Shown here in pieces: positions 1-11,804 of a DNA stretch of 64,000 bases. Each line of letters opens with the position of its first letter. Within the stretch, counting starts at the first letter, position 1. The notes beneath the pieces were generated by a model. That model was not told where the DNA came from, made no database searches, and worked only from the letters and a program-made list of their open reading frames with translations. Source of the DNA: Azolla caroliniana (Eukaryota; Plantae; Polypodiophyta); contig JBHGNT010000017.1 of NCBI GenBank assembly GCA_043228905.1, forward strand, positions 434,001 through 498,000, given 5' to 3'. The position numbers and the translations under genes are program-made.

Positions 1-1598
1 GATGGTGCCAGCACACACGAATACCTATGCTTGGAAATACACTCAAAAGAATACATATACCAAGCATGGTCGCCATGATTTTGGTTGCACAATATCTTCT
101 TGTTTCATTCTATGTGCACTCGAACAATCCTCGTGTGAAAAAATAACTATTGTGATGTCTTTACTTGTGGCATTGGGTTTTTTTACTATTATAAACTAGA
201 CAATAATCATTGATAAGTTTGTGCCCCAAAGGTGCTTCACATAACGATAGGTGGAAATTTTCTAGACGATATTTCCCATGACAAATAAAAAAAGAATGAA
301 GGATTGCAATATATATTGGACGAAACTTACAAGTCTGCCTAGGACTCCCATAATGTATGTTCAACGAGGTTAGCATCTATATGCTAGATTAAGAAAAAGA
401 AATTACAAGCATAAGCTCGAGGGTTTCAATTATCATAAGAGATGTCCTATTTTTTCTACACTATCAAACATTACCTATAGATGAGCTACCGCAAGTTGAG
501 CTAGGAACTCAATCCAACTGAGGTGGTGGTCTCTCGTCAAATTTATCCCTTCATGGTGAGTCAAGTTAATGTGGACACACAACAACTTACCAGCTATAAA
601 CGTTGTTAATCTTAACCCTCAAGCAAGCAAACCCTCGAAAATTCATTCAACTAAGACCAATGAAGATAGACCATCTATCAATCGCACACTAAAACAATCT
701 CCTAAGAATTGGTCACCCATGAATTAGAGCCATGTTTGACCATCCCCCCTCTTCAAAAGCATCCAAAAAGCCCTTAGCTAGCTAGTTATCTAGTTCAAGA
801 CTTAAATAAAGTATGGTTGACTAAAACCTATATGTAGTAGAGTTTTTAAACAGCCATTCATGAAGGCTCATAGATCTACATAATTCAATAATTTAATCCC
901 AGATGTATTGTGTGTCAATTTCCTCTATAAAACATAAAGGGTTCACTTTTGTAAATTTTATATATTTCCCAATATACCCCTCCCTATCGAGAAATCGACC
1001 TGGTCGCTCTCTTCCTGCTCTGCTCATGGCCAGAACCTATCTTCAAAAGATCTCCTTACTTACTTACTTACTTACTTACTGCATTCATTCATTTCTGACA
1101 TTCGAAGCCCATTCATCATTCGTTCATTGTCAATGAATGATTCTGAATCAATACATACTCTCCCTATCGATGATTTGTCTGTCATTACATACTACTACTA
1201 TACTATCGACAAATTGTTGATACCTACTCTGTAAGGATCTGTCTATATTCGACTATCAATGGCTCTCTCAGACTCTCTACATCCACAGTTCGCCCCTCCA
1301 TACCTCCAGTACTCACTCTCACCATGGAGCGCTCAGTTCTCAAACCCATCTATTCGTTCTTTCTCCATAAAAGGGTTACAGAGGATCTTTCATTACCTCC
1401 ATTAAGCATCCAATGTGTCCACCTAAGCATGGACGGGGGGGTAAGGTTAAGAGCTCAACTTTGTAAAAAGATGTATAAAAGCTTCTTCTTCTCCTTCATT
1501 TTCAAGATTTAGACAAGAGCATTGTCTCTCCTAATCTTTCCATTCATGAGATCATGCTGGTGCTTAAGTATCTCATCTTAAACGATCAAGCTTGATTG

Positions 1599-2306
1599 TG
1601 TAACCATGGCGTATGAATTAATTTAAGGCATTGATTAACTTCTTGAATTTCTATGTGTCTCATTAAGTTCAATTATGTATTTGAAGTTTTAAGTGTAACT
1701 AATTATATGTCATCTTCTTAATTAAGTTTAAGTCGTTAAGAGAGGAGGGAAGGAGGTTGTCTAGGTACTTAGCATGACCTTTAGTATCTTATAAGCTGAA
1801 TGACTTAGGGTTCAGGGAGATAGAACCCCGGTCCCCGACCATGAGAAAGACATGTGCTTGATGTAACATACCTAGAAGTGACTCAAGAAGACACCTTGTC
1901 CCATAGCCTGACCATGTTCCACATGCTCTTATCTTAGCCACTGTCACGAACATCTTGAAGTAGAAGCCTAACTGACTAGGTCCCAATGCGAAAGAAAAGT
2001 GCACATGAGGATAGTTAACCCAACCCTAGCTAGGTTCTAGACCATAACAGTTATCTTGACTTGTCCATCCACCTGAATTGATGGGTGAAATTTTGGCCAA
2101 ATAACCCCAGAGGATTATGAATTTCCTAAATCATGACCATAGATTGGCCCATCAATTCTTGTTGATATAGTTATGGTCTACCTAAACATAGACCCAAGAC
2201 TAGCTAGATACATGCTCAGTATATAGAAATGGATGGAATGCCTTCTTTCAGGCTCAGAACTCTTTCTTAATCACTGAATATATGTATTCATAACCAGGGT
2301 GTGACA
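1599..2306. mobile_element. possible decayed solo LTR
   Basis: Imperfect terminal inverted repeats TGTAACCATGG..TATGAAT / ATTCATAACCAGGGTGTGACA with TG..CA ends. No target-site duplication found. Confidence 0.3.
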
Positions 2307-2769
2307 CAATATTATTTAAAATTTTCTTTGTATCAAATCTCTTCAAATGGTTCTATATGTTATTGGAGAGACAGACGGCACACATATTTTGTAAAGTAAA
2401 ATATGTTTGTTGTCTTTACCGAAAGACTTTGCAGCTTCCAAGGGCCATCCCACTACTCAACAAAAAGCTGTTTCTAGGGATTGCTCTTAGAATGAAGACT
2501 TCTGTCTTATGATTTATGTTTCTTTAATGGTACAATAGTAATAGTTTAAATATGGAAGTTTTGGATTGTTCTTCTTCTTCATTTGTAATGACTTCATACT
2601 CCACTTTATTCTCTTCAAAAGATACCTACAGCTTCACCTTTTTGGCCTTTTGCTGCTTTATTGTGCTTGATGTGGCCCAATATTTCTTTCCACGGTTTCC
2701 TTTGAGCACCTTGTTTCTTTTGGATGTAAAAAGCTAAAGACATTATGGTAGCACGTCTTCTTTTTATCA

Positions 2770-4530
2770 ATGGATATGGATGAAAAGCTTTATTGTGTAG
2801 CAAGTAGGATATTGATCTCCATTTCTCTCTGTCTCTCTGTCGCACACAACACACACTTGATGGGCACATTAAGCTCTGCCTTGCCACTGTTGTTCATAGC
2901 CATATTTGTTCATGGTAATCATCATGTGGTCCTCCCATGGGCTGTGGTAGCTCAAGTACTCCCGGGGACATGGGAAACACTAGTGAAGAATGCCGGGATC
3001 GCATCTATGCACTCGGCTGTGACTCGATTCGGCACCGTAGTTCTCCTTGACCGGACCAACATCGGCGCCTCACAGATCTTGCTGCCGGACGGGAAATGCC
3101 GCGACGAGCCGCGCGAAAATGTGCTAAAACATGACTGCACCGCCCACTCTGTGCTATTCGATCCGGTATCCGCGACCGTCCGCCCGCTCACCGTGCTTAC
3201 AGACACGTGGTGCTCCTCCGGCCAGTTCCTGCCGGACGGGACACTGCTACAGACGGGGGGCGATTTCGAGGGCACCCGGAAGATCAGAACGTTTAGCCCG
3301 TGTTCAACCCAAGAAGGAATTGCATGTGATTGGCGCGAGCTCCAGGACGTGGAATTGGCCGTGGGCCGATGGTACGCGACCAATCAGCTGCTTCCAGATG
3401 GCAGAGTGATAGTGGTGGGGGGAAGGGGGCAATTCACAGCCGAATTTGTGCCGGCAGCATCTGTGTCGCCGGTGGAGCTCCCATTCCTCCGACAAGCTCA
3501 AGATGCACAAACCGATACACTGTATCCTTTTGTCCACTTGCTACCGGATGGGAACCTCTTCATTTTTGCCAACACGCGGGCCGTCCTGTACGACTACATG
3601 GCGGGGGCCGTGGTGAGAGAATATCCTCCCTTGGACGGGAACCCAAGGAACTATCCTTCGGGCGGATCATCGGTAATGCTGGCGCTGTCGGCCGCGGAGG
3701 AGGACGATGGTTTCACACGTGCGGAAATCTTAGTCTGCGGGGGCGCGATCTTCGGGGCTTTCCTGCAAGAGAACGCGGGGCTTCCGGCCGGAGACACGTG
3801 CGGACGAATCACGGCCACTGATCCCGAGCCAGAATGGGCGATCGAAATGATGCCTTCCCCAAGAGTGATGGGAGACATGATCCTTCTTCCAACCGGTGAT
3901 GTTCTTCTCATCAATGGGGCCCAGGCGGGGTGTCAAGGCTTCAACCTCGCCACAATCCCGTGCCTTAATCCCGTGCGTTATCGACCCGATATGCCATCTG
4001 GACTCAGGTTTATGCCACTTACACCCGCAGTGACCCCACGAATGTACCATTCAACGGCTAACCTTCTTCCGGACGGTCGGGTTCTCGTGGCTGGATCGAA
4101 TCCACACCACTTCTACAACTTTACTGGTGACTTCCCAACGGAGTTGAGTCTCGACGCATTCTCGCCCGAGTATTTAAGCCCGGGGTTAGCAAATCTCCGC
4201 CCAACGATCTTGTCCGCACCCAATGAGGTTGCATATGGTGAAGTTTTCGAGGTGAGTTTTAGTGTCGAGCTTCCGGTGACTGGGATCGTGGAATTTAATC
4301 TAGTTAGTGCACCGTTCTCAACACATTCATTTTCGCAAGGGCAAAGGGTCTTGAAGTTAAGTGTGGGTTCGGCACAAGCTGATGAGCTAGGAGGGGTTAC
4401 TTATAGGAGTATGGGGACCGCACCGCCTTCTCCATTGGTGGCACCACCCGCGTTTTACATGCTTTTTCTCGTTAACCAAGGCATCCCTAGTGTAGCCACT
4501 TGGGTTCGCCTCAGGTCCTCCCCTCCTTGA
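2770..4530 (+). CDS. Glyoxal/aldehyde oxidase GLOX-like copper radical oxidase (CAZy AA5), intronless, probably secreted; true start may be the ATG at 2860
   Basis: 586-aa ORF with GIASMH, DTWCSSG (cross-link Cys), GRWYAT, RNYPS (cross-link Tyr), PRMYHS (Tyr/His ligands), THSFSQGQR (His ligand) and a C-terminal Ig-like region. A hydrophobic N-terminus follows M at 2860. Confidence 0.93.
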   Translation: MDMDEKLYCVASRILISISLCLSVAHNTHLMGTLSSALPLLFIAIFVHGNHHVVLPWAVVAQVLPGTWETLVKNAGIASMHSAVTRFGTVVLLDRTNIGASQILLPDGKCRDEPRENVLKHDCTAHSVLFDPVSATVRPLTVLTDTWCSSGQFLPDGTLLQTGGDFEGTRKIRTFSPCSTQEGIACDWRELQDVELAVGRWYATNQLLPDGRVIVVGGRGQFTAEFVPAASVSPVELPFLRQAQDAQTDTLYPFVHLLPDGNLFIFANTRAVLYDYMAGAVVREYPPLDGNPRNYPSGGSSVMLALSAAEEDDGFTRAEILVCGGAIFGAFLQENAGLPAGDTCGRITATDPEPEWAIEMMPSPRVMGDMILLPTGDVLLINGAQAGCQGFNLATIPCLNPVRYRPDMPSGLRFMPLTPAVTPRMYHSTANLLPDGRVLVAGSNPHHFYNFTGDFPTELSLDAFSPEYLSPGLANLRPTILSAPNEVAYGEVFEVSFSVELPVTGIVEFNLVSAPFSTHSFSQGQRVLKLSVGSAQADELGGVTYRSMGTAPPSPLVAPPAFYMLFLVNQGIPSVATWVRLRSSPP

Positions 4531-6711
4531 CAAGTAAACCAAACTAAACCAAATTAAAACAAAGTGGAGAGAAACTTATTCTTATTCTTTATTTACATGT
4601 TGAATCCCAATGGTATACCAAAACTTTCACCATTCATTTCTTAGCCCTTGTGGACAATCAGACACTCAATCCACTATGCCAGAATTTCTCTTTTAACCTC
4701 GTGTTTTTTTATCTTAAAACCGAGTTTATGAACACTAGTAGATTGATGATCATGTCTTTCTCCTTCCTAAAATAGGTTCCGTCACATTTGATCAAGACAA
4801 TGCTAGTCTACAAATTTCAATAAATGTGTTAAATCTTAGCTTGGATCGCAAAAGGAAGTTCTGATTGCCAAAAGCAACCAACGTTAGTGTGTTTTGATCA
4901 TTATCATCTCAAGCAAAACAAGCTTCACGAGTGGTAAGTCCATTTTAATATAAACATTATTGGAAATCCCTTTGTTTTGGCTTCCAAGTTTGTTACACTT
5001 TGTAGGTTTTTCTCAAGAACGGGGGAGATTTGATAATTAGAGAACATTCGTACATGGACATTTCAAGAGTAACATTGTGTAGAATCATGGCCCCTTTCAA
5101 AATCTTTTAAATGTGATGGATATTGTAGCACATGTCGTCTTTTTCAATAAGTATTAAAAGAGAGTAAAATGATAAATAACTTCTAACTGAAGGCATTTGA
5201 AGTTGCATGGTTAACATGTCAAGAGTTGTAAAATAAACCCCATACAAAGGTGTTGTACGATCCTAATTGATTAGTCATGCAATCAACGGGGTTACAATAA
5301 TTAAACGATAATTAGGAAAAGGAGAACACAAATATAGTTCTTTGGTCAACTAAATATATCCCTATGTGGCGAGATCAATAGTGGCAACAGGAGAGCTTAG
5401 CACGCACTACATACAAGGAGAGAATAAAAATGAATCACAAAATATGCCATAAGCCTATTTATAACCATTACCACTAGGTGCATGTCAAAATCATAGTGTT
5501 TCGTTTGTAACAAGCCAAATAGACCTCCACATGGCTAATGAACCATCTACGTGTATAAATATATGTATGCTCACAACATTCACACACAATATACAATTAA
5601 CAAGTAAACTTGTCTTGGTTTGGATGTAATCTTGGGGTCAAATTGTGTTAATAACAAACTTGTACATGATATGGTAGGTTTGGAGATTATGATGTTGATG
5701 GGCCTACAAACTAACAAATATACTCACCCATTCTAGTTGAAGAGTATTGGGGTAAAGGTAAAGAACAATTTTACACATAGGATGTAAGGGGCCAGTCTTC
5801 AATGTCCACATCGGAACTTGGGAGGTTAGGAAAAATTGTCCCTTTGGTTAAACGTTTAGGCATGATGCTAATGACATTGTAAAGATTGACACATATGGGA
5901 TATGGATCAAATTTCAAGGATTTCTCCCCATTTTTAGTATAATATGTTATGCATCATTTGCGAATATTGAAATATTGAGTTTCTTAAAAAATCACACTTG
6001 GTTTAGAATAAAATACATTGTTGAAGCGTCCCCAACTTGACTCTTGGTTCAAAATGCTTGAATGATGTGTTTCATCCCTTTCCCTCGTTCACAACAATTG
6101 AGCGCCCCAAAGAACCAAACCCTATGAAGAATATGAAGATATTAGATTGATAAGGGATGAAACATGCACACATTTCAATGGATGCATGTAGTTCTCGGAT
6201 CATTCGAATTAAAAGCAACCCAACTACGTACACAATTTCTTGAGGACCTCAATTCAATTTGTTTTGATTGCATGCCAACTAAGATAAGGCACAAAATGCT
6301 TCATCGAACAACTTACAAACATGAGGTGCTCCCTCAAAGAAAAATATATAAACACCACAAAGGAAAGGAAACAAGGAGAGATGTAGAATATGCCAAAGGC
6401 ATGGTAATTTGGTTTTGAGTATTGTGAGATCTCTAGCACTAGCATTAAAGCCAAAGTCTATGTCATATTGTAAGGAATAAGAGACTATTGTAGTGGATGA
6501 GTGTTTATATAATACCTTATTGTAAATGGAAGAGCTTCTCATTTGGTGATATATATATATATTTATTATTATTATTTATTTTTAAAGAAAGATGCACCTT
6601 AGTATATTACTTGAAAACTCTACATAGAAAAAAAATAAAAGGAGACATTTCATCTCACTTCTTATTGTAAGTTGTTTTTATCGTTGAGACAACACTACTT
6701 TTGTTCAATAT

Positions 6712-7100
6712 TGTAATGAATCAAGAGATGGATTCTTGTGAAGCGGAAGCGATATGAGCTATGTGTGTGTATGAGAGAGAGAGAGAGAGAGAGAGAGAGT
6801 GAGAGAGACAAGGAATACGCAAGGTAAAAGTATATTGACAAAGGAGAAAGACTCAACATTATACAAGGTGGGAGGAGGGTGCTTTATGTAGTCACCCTCT
6901 CTCTTCATTAACTACAAGACTCATGGAGCATGGGGAATGTGAAAGCTCATAAGTTATGTGTCATAGAATATGATTCTATGACTCATACTAAATGCTAGAA
7001 TACAAAGTGGTGACATAATGGTGACTCTTGACCGTTGGAGTGTCTCTTCACTCTCAAGGTGAGTTCACACACTAGACCAAGTTGAGCTTGATTCTCAACA
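6712..7100 (-). repeat. 3' LTR of the Copia element
   Basis: TGTAATGAA...TTCTCAACA, near-identical to 11805-12183 and adjacent to the PPT. Confidence 0.95.
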
Positions 7101-7110
7101 CACCCCCTCA
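7101..7110 (-). promoter_or_regulatory. Polypurine tract of the Copia element
   Basis: TGAGGGGGTG on the minus strand immediately before the 3' LTR. Confidence 0.8.
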
Positions 7111-7341
7111 AGCTCAAGTCGGTATCTGAAATCCGCTTCAACTCGTGTTTCGGAGTCTGCGTCGACTCACGTCGGCTCGCTTTATGGCGGAATCCGTGCT
7201 CCAGCTTGCGTTGTGCGAAGTTTGTGCTTTGGCTTGCGTGTGTAGTTGCGAAGTCTGTGCTTCGGCTTGCGTCTTTCTTCGCGTCTTTGTGCGGTAGATT
7301 GGCTCTTCGCTGCTTCGTTGCGTGGTTGCGGAATCCATGCG

Positions 7342-8376
7342 TTATTGCATAGTGTCTTTAGTGCTCCCCCTCAAGCTTGGCTGGTCAGGGATCGTCAATC
7401 CGAGATCGTTCATGAATTGCCACAGCTTGTCGGCTCCTAAGGCTTTAGTGAAGATGTCGGTCGTTTGAAGATTGGTGCTAATGTGTTGTAGGTCGACATC
7501 GCCAGCCAAAACGCGCTCTCGGATGAAGTGATAGTGCACTTCGATGTGCTTTGTCCGCGCGTGGAACACCGGGTTCCAAGCCAGATAGATACTACTCATG
7601 TTGTCGCAGTAAAGGGAAATCGGATCCTTGATGGGTACGCCCAGATCCTTCAAAATCCTCTTGAGCCATACGGCTTCACACACAGCTACGGCGGCGCCCC
7701 TGTATTCCGCCTCCGTACTCGAAAGAGCGATAGTGGGCTGCTTCTTGCTACTCCAAGATATTGCTCCGCTGCCGAGGGAGAAAACAAATCCGGAGGTTGA
7801 TACTCTATCAGCTTTGTAGCCGGCCCAATCGGCGTCTGTGTACCCCTCGAGTCGTATTGGCATCGCGGTCTTGTAGAGGATGCCGCAATCCATTGTGCCA
7901 CTCACGTAGCATAGAACTCGCTTAGCGCAGTCCAAGTGAGTATCACGCGATGTTTGCATGAATTGGCTAAGGAGACCGACCGGATAACTGAGATCGGGTC
8001 GTGTGATCGTGAGGTAGATGAGACTCCCGATGAGTTGCCGATACTGAGTCGGCTCACACGCTTTGGTGCCGGAGTTCGCATCTAGTTTGAGATTACGATC
8101 GAGCGGGGTTGCCACGGATTTGCACTCAACCATCCCGAACTTGTATAACAAGTTGAGGATGTAGTGCCTTTGAGAGATCATGATTCCGGCCGGAGTCCGA
8201 ATTACCTCGATGCCAAGGAAGTAGTGGAGCTCCTTCATGTCTATCATCGGGTAGATCCAAGTGTGCCTAGAGAAGTCGTCGATGAAGAGCACGTAATATC
8301 GGCATCTGCCGAATGTAGCCGTCTGCGTCGGTCCCCATACGTCGGAATGGACTACGTCAAGTAGACCTTTGCTCAC
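7342..8376 (-). pseudogene. Copia pol remnant: integrase N-part fused in frame to RT C-part and RNase H
   Basis: VHSDVWGP...LFIDDFSRHTWIYPM runs directly into DMKELHYFLGIEV...YTDADWAG...SSTEAEY...YCDN...RTKHIEVHYHF. The integrase core and RT YVDD region are missing. Confidence 0.9.
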
Positions 8377-8602
8377 GTTCCGCTCTTTCGGGAATGGGTG
8401 TCGGTGTTGCTTGCCGAATTGGCACGCTTCGCATACACCTTCAATCTCCTTCTCTTTGTATGTCAGGAGTCCAATGACGACTCATTTCGATTTCATTGCT
8501 TTGAGTTTGTTGAGATTGATGTGGCCGATTTGCTTGTGCCATAGGTCTATGTCGGAGTCGGCTTTCGTGTTTTTCTCGAACATGGCAGATTTCATCTCGC
8601 GT

Positions 8603-9323
8603 TGTCGTGCCTTTCGGCTCCGGATCGTTGCGTGAGTCGGGTGGGAACCGCCGAGGTTTTGGACTAGGAGGAAGAAAAATACAAATAAGGCTAGTAAAGA
8701 ATAGGTTTAAAGAGTTATAAGATAAGAATCTTGTGAATCCCACGAGTTTAGTATATTTAGTCAATATTTAGGTAGTAAGAGAGAATTATTTTAGCAAATT
8801 CGTGAATCCCACGAATATTTTAGATTGATTGATCATTATAGAAAAATAATCAACAAAAACTACAATGTGCTCCCCATCCTTATATAGTGATGGGAGAGAC
8901 TAAGCATAGCTACATGCTTTTTTCTAATATGTTCATGCACACTAAATGTGCATGTGATGCTTTTCTAATCCTTGCTTTTATTTGCTAAATATAGTGCTCA
9001 TGCACGCTAGATGTGCATGAGTCACTTTTTAGTTGCTTGCGTTTTTCTATAAAATATTCACGCACTCTAAAAATGCATGATTTACCTTTTAATAAAGGTA
9101 GGCACAAATAAAGGACTTATAGTTATTAAATCTATTTGTAAAACACTAAAGATAAGGTAGCATAATGGTAAAATTGAGGTTAGGCTATGTGGAGGTATAG
9201 GGTTCGATTCTTGCCTTATGCACGTAATAAATATTTTGATATATTATTTATTTATTTATATGTATCTAAAATCGGATATATTATTTTATGGTTTTCACAT
9301 AGTGTGTGGAATACACTACGACA
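8603..9323. mobile_element. Solo LTR (~720 bp) nested in the Copia pol
   Basis: Ends TGTCGT...ACGACA, flanked by 4-bp GCGT/ACGT. Removing it restores the minus-strand frame MFILDS-R-EMKSAM. Confidence 0.75.
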
Positions 9324-10700
9324 ACGTGAATCGAGAATGAACATCCAGCCCTCTCTTCTTCCACGTGCGATGAGTCGGCCCTCTTTTTCGATGAAGCAAC
9401 CACCTTGATTAAACTGAACTTGCATCCCTTGCTCTACAATTTGGCCGACGGAGACCAAATTCTTTGTAATGGTCGGTACATGCAAGACATTTTTAATGTA
9501 ATTTTGCTTACCTTCTTTTCCGTACGGAACATTGCCAATGTGACGAATCGGGTGCGTAGTGTCGTCTCTGGTTTCGACATAGTCGGATCGGTCCGGCTCT
9601 TGAAGTTCTCGGAACCATTCTTGATGAGATGTCATATGGTTCGAGGCACCGAAATCGACGAACCATACGTCTTCCGGACCGGAGGCACTAGTTCAGGTAG
9701 CGGCCGAAGTAGAGTTTGCTCTATGTTTCATCATGAACATTCCGCCACGGTCGGAGTTGTGCGCATACATTCCGCTACGATCTTCGTAGTCGGAGGTGTG
9801 CCCGTACATTTCGCCACGGTCGGAGTTGTGTGCATACATTCCACCACGATCTTCATAGTCGGAGTTGTGTGCGTACATTCCGCCACGATCTTCGTAGTCG
9901 GAGTTGTGTGCGTAATTCGTGAGTTGTTGGCTTGTGGAAGCTGATTCACGCATCTTCTTTCGGCACTCTTCTTCGTGGTGGCCGAGCTTTCCGCAAAATC
10001 CGCATTTGGTTGCGTTTTGACGGCTCGGGCCGGAGTGGAAGCTCCCCCTTCTTGCGAAGGTTCCTCGTTGGCCTCCGTTTTGCGGCCGAAATTGGGAGTT
10101 GTTGTCGTAGGTCGGACCTCGTCTGCCTTGTCCTTGGCCGAATCGGCCTCTCGCTTGTCCGCATCCTCTTCCTCCATTAGAGTGCGTGTAGAGCATGTGG
10201 CCTTCCGACTCATTGCTCCTTGTATGCACGTGGTTTTCTTCAACCAATAGCATTGATTGGAGCTCGAAGGAGGGAGATTTCTCCCGTGCTAGAACGGCAG
10301 TTCGCATCGCGCCGAACCATGGTGCGAGGCCGCCGAGGCATATTTGCACCATCTCATCATCATCTATACTTACGCTTATTGAGCCAAGCGAGTCACAAAG
10401 CTCCTTGATCTTTAAGGTGTATGTCGTGATGGACATGTCCCTTTGTTGAATGTTGTTCAACTCTTGGCGGAGTTAAAGCTTCCTCGCGGTCGTGTTGGCG
10501 GCAAAAATCTTTCGTAGATTTTCCCACGCTTCCTTCGGCGTCTTGGCTTCTCGAATGTAACTGAGCATGTGGTCGTGAACACATGTAGCCAAACAATACA
10601 TCACATGTAGCCAAACAATACATTACCCATGTTGCGTATTCGGGAGCCGCTTTGGCGGGTCGGTCTTCATGCGCTCCTTTGATGTAGCTCCAATAGCCTT
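9324..10700 (-). pseudogene. Copia gag-protease remnant (frameshifted)
   Basis: ORF 9693-10460 has a gag core and zinc knuckle CGFCGKLGHHEEEC. 9252-9670 carries protease motifs (WFVD..ASNHMT, VLHVPTITKNLVSV). Confidence 0.85.
9735..9915 (-). repeat. In-frame 39/30-bp tandem repeat in gag encoding YAHNSDYEDRGGM
   Basis: About 5 copies visible in the DNA and in the translation of ORF 9693-10460. Confidence 0.85.
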
Positions 10701-10703
10701 GTT

Positions 10704-11546
10704 TGTTGGGAGACAGGTCCCTCCGGATGGGAAGTGAGAAGATCAGTGACGATGAACAAACCGTATGAGGAGGACCCCGGCTACGGAGAGCCGGATGGTG
10801 CAGGCCCGGTATGAACCGGTTGAGGAGTACCCGATTACGGAGAGCCGGATGGTGCAGGCCCGATATGAACCAGATGAGGAGTACCCGGCTACGGAGAGCC
10901 GGATGGTGCAGGCCCGGTATGAACCGGATGAGGAGTACCCGGTTACGGAGAGCGGGATGGTGCAGGCCCGGTATGAACCGGATGAGGAGTACCCGGCTAC
11001 GGAGAGCCGGATGGTGCAGGCCCGGTATGAACCGGATGAGGAGTACCCGGCTATGGAGAGCCGGATGGTGTAGGCCCGGTATGAACCAGAGGAAGAGACA
11101 TATTCGTAAATATGTTTCTGAGAGCCCATTGTGGCTATATTTGTAAATAGCCGAAAAGTCATATTAGTATAAATATGACTTAGGGCAAACTAATAGTGTG
11201 GTTGTTATTTCTTCCTTGTTGGTGCAAGAAGAAGAGAGAGCGCGCAACTGTACAGAGAGAGAGAGAGAGACGAGGTCTTTGCCTCTGTTGTAACCACCGC
11301 CTGTGGTGAAGATCGTGAGCACGAGGTCGTTGCCTCCGTGAACTCACAACTTTGTACATTCTTACATAGTGACAGTTTGCAGCCCGTGGGCTGCCGTGGT
11401 TTTTCCCCTAGTTTGGGGTTTTCCACGTAAACCTCCTGTGTATTTGTCTTCCTCTTTGTGTCGTGTTCTATTTCCTATTTTCTGTGCATGAAAATAAGCT
11501 CGGTTGTGGCCGAGCGTTGCGCATAAGGAACGTTGGGTTCCCGTCA
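10704..11546. mobile_element. Solo LTR (843 bp) nested in the Copia gag, containing a 60-bp tandem array
   Basis: TGTTGGG...CCCGTCA flanked by TTGTT/TTGTC. Removing it restores gag YLVG-QGYW. Confidence 0.85.
10765..11092. repeat. 60-bp tandem repeat, about 5.5 copies
   Basis: Unit GAGGAGTACCCGGCTACGGAGAGCCGGATGGTGCAGGCCCGGTATGAACCGGAT-like with few substitutions. Confidence 0.95.
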
Positions 11547-11792
11547 TTGTCCAACAAGGTATTGGTACATCTTGTACTCCTAAGATGCGAAGTTGTTTCG
11601 ATCCAACTTCTCGGTAGGGAGAGCGCTCCCCATTTGAGTATTCATTATGTTGATTCTTCTTCTTCTTCTTCTCTCTTCAAATGCAAGCTATGTAGCAAAG
11701 CTACGATAGCTATGAGCCGGTTCTTGGTCGTCGGCGTAGAGCACAACACACAATCACAATGAGGCGAATGGGCTAGATCAAGCTACCATATC

Positions 11793-11804
11793 GCTCTGAT
11801 ACCA
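11793..11804 (-). promoter_or_regulatory. Primer-binding site complementary to tRNA-iMet
   Basis: TGGTATCAGAGC on the minus strand directly after the 5' LTR. Confidence 0.92.

Noticed and set aside
2952-4050. Overlapping and antisense ORFs within GLOX
   Set aside because: Expected shadows of a GC-rich CDS, with no recognisable motifs.
5251-5578. Solo LTR (TGTTGT...ACAACA)
   Set aside because: No target-site duplication (AAAGG vs TTCAC) and no second copy in the window.
10765-11092. CRISPR-like array, or repeat-protein genes from the ORFs in several frames
   Set aside because: Contiguous 60-bp units with no unique spacers, inside a solo LTR. The ORFs arise from a stop-free unit whose length is a multiple of 3.
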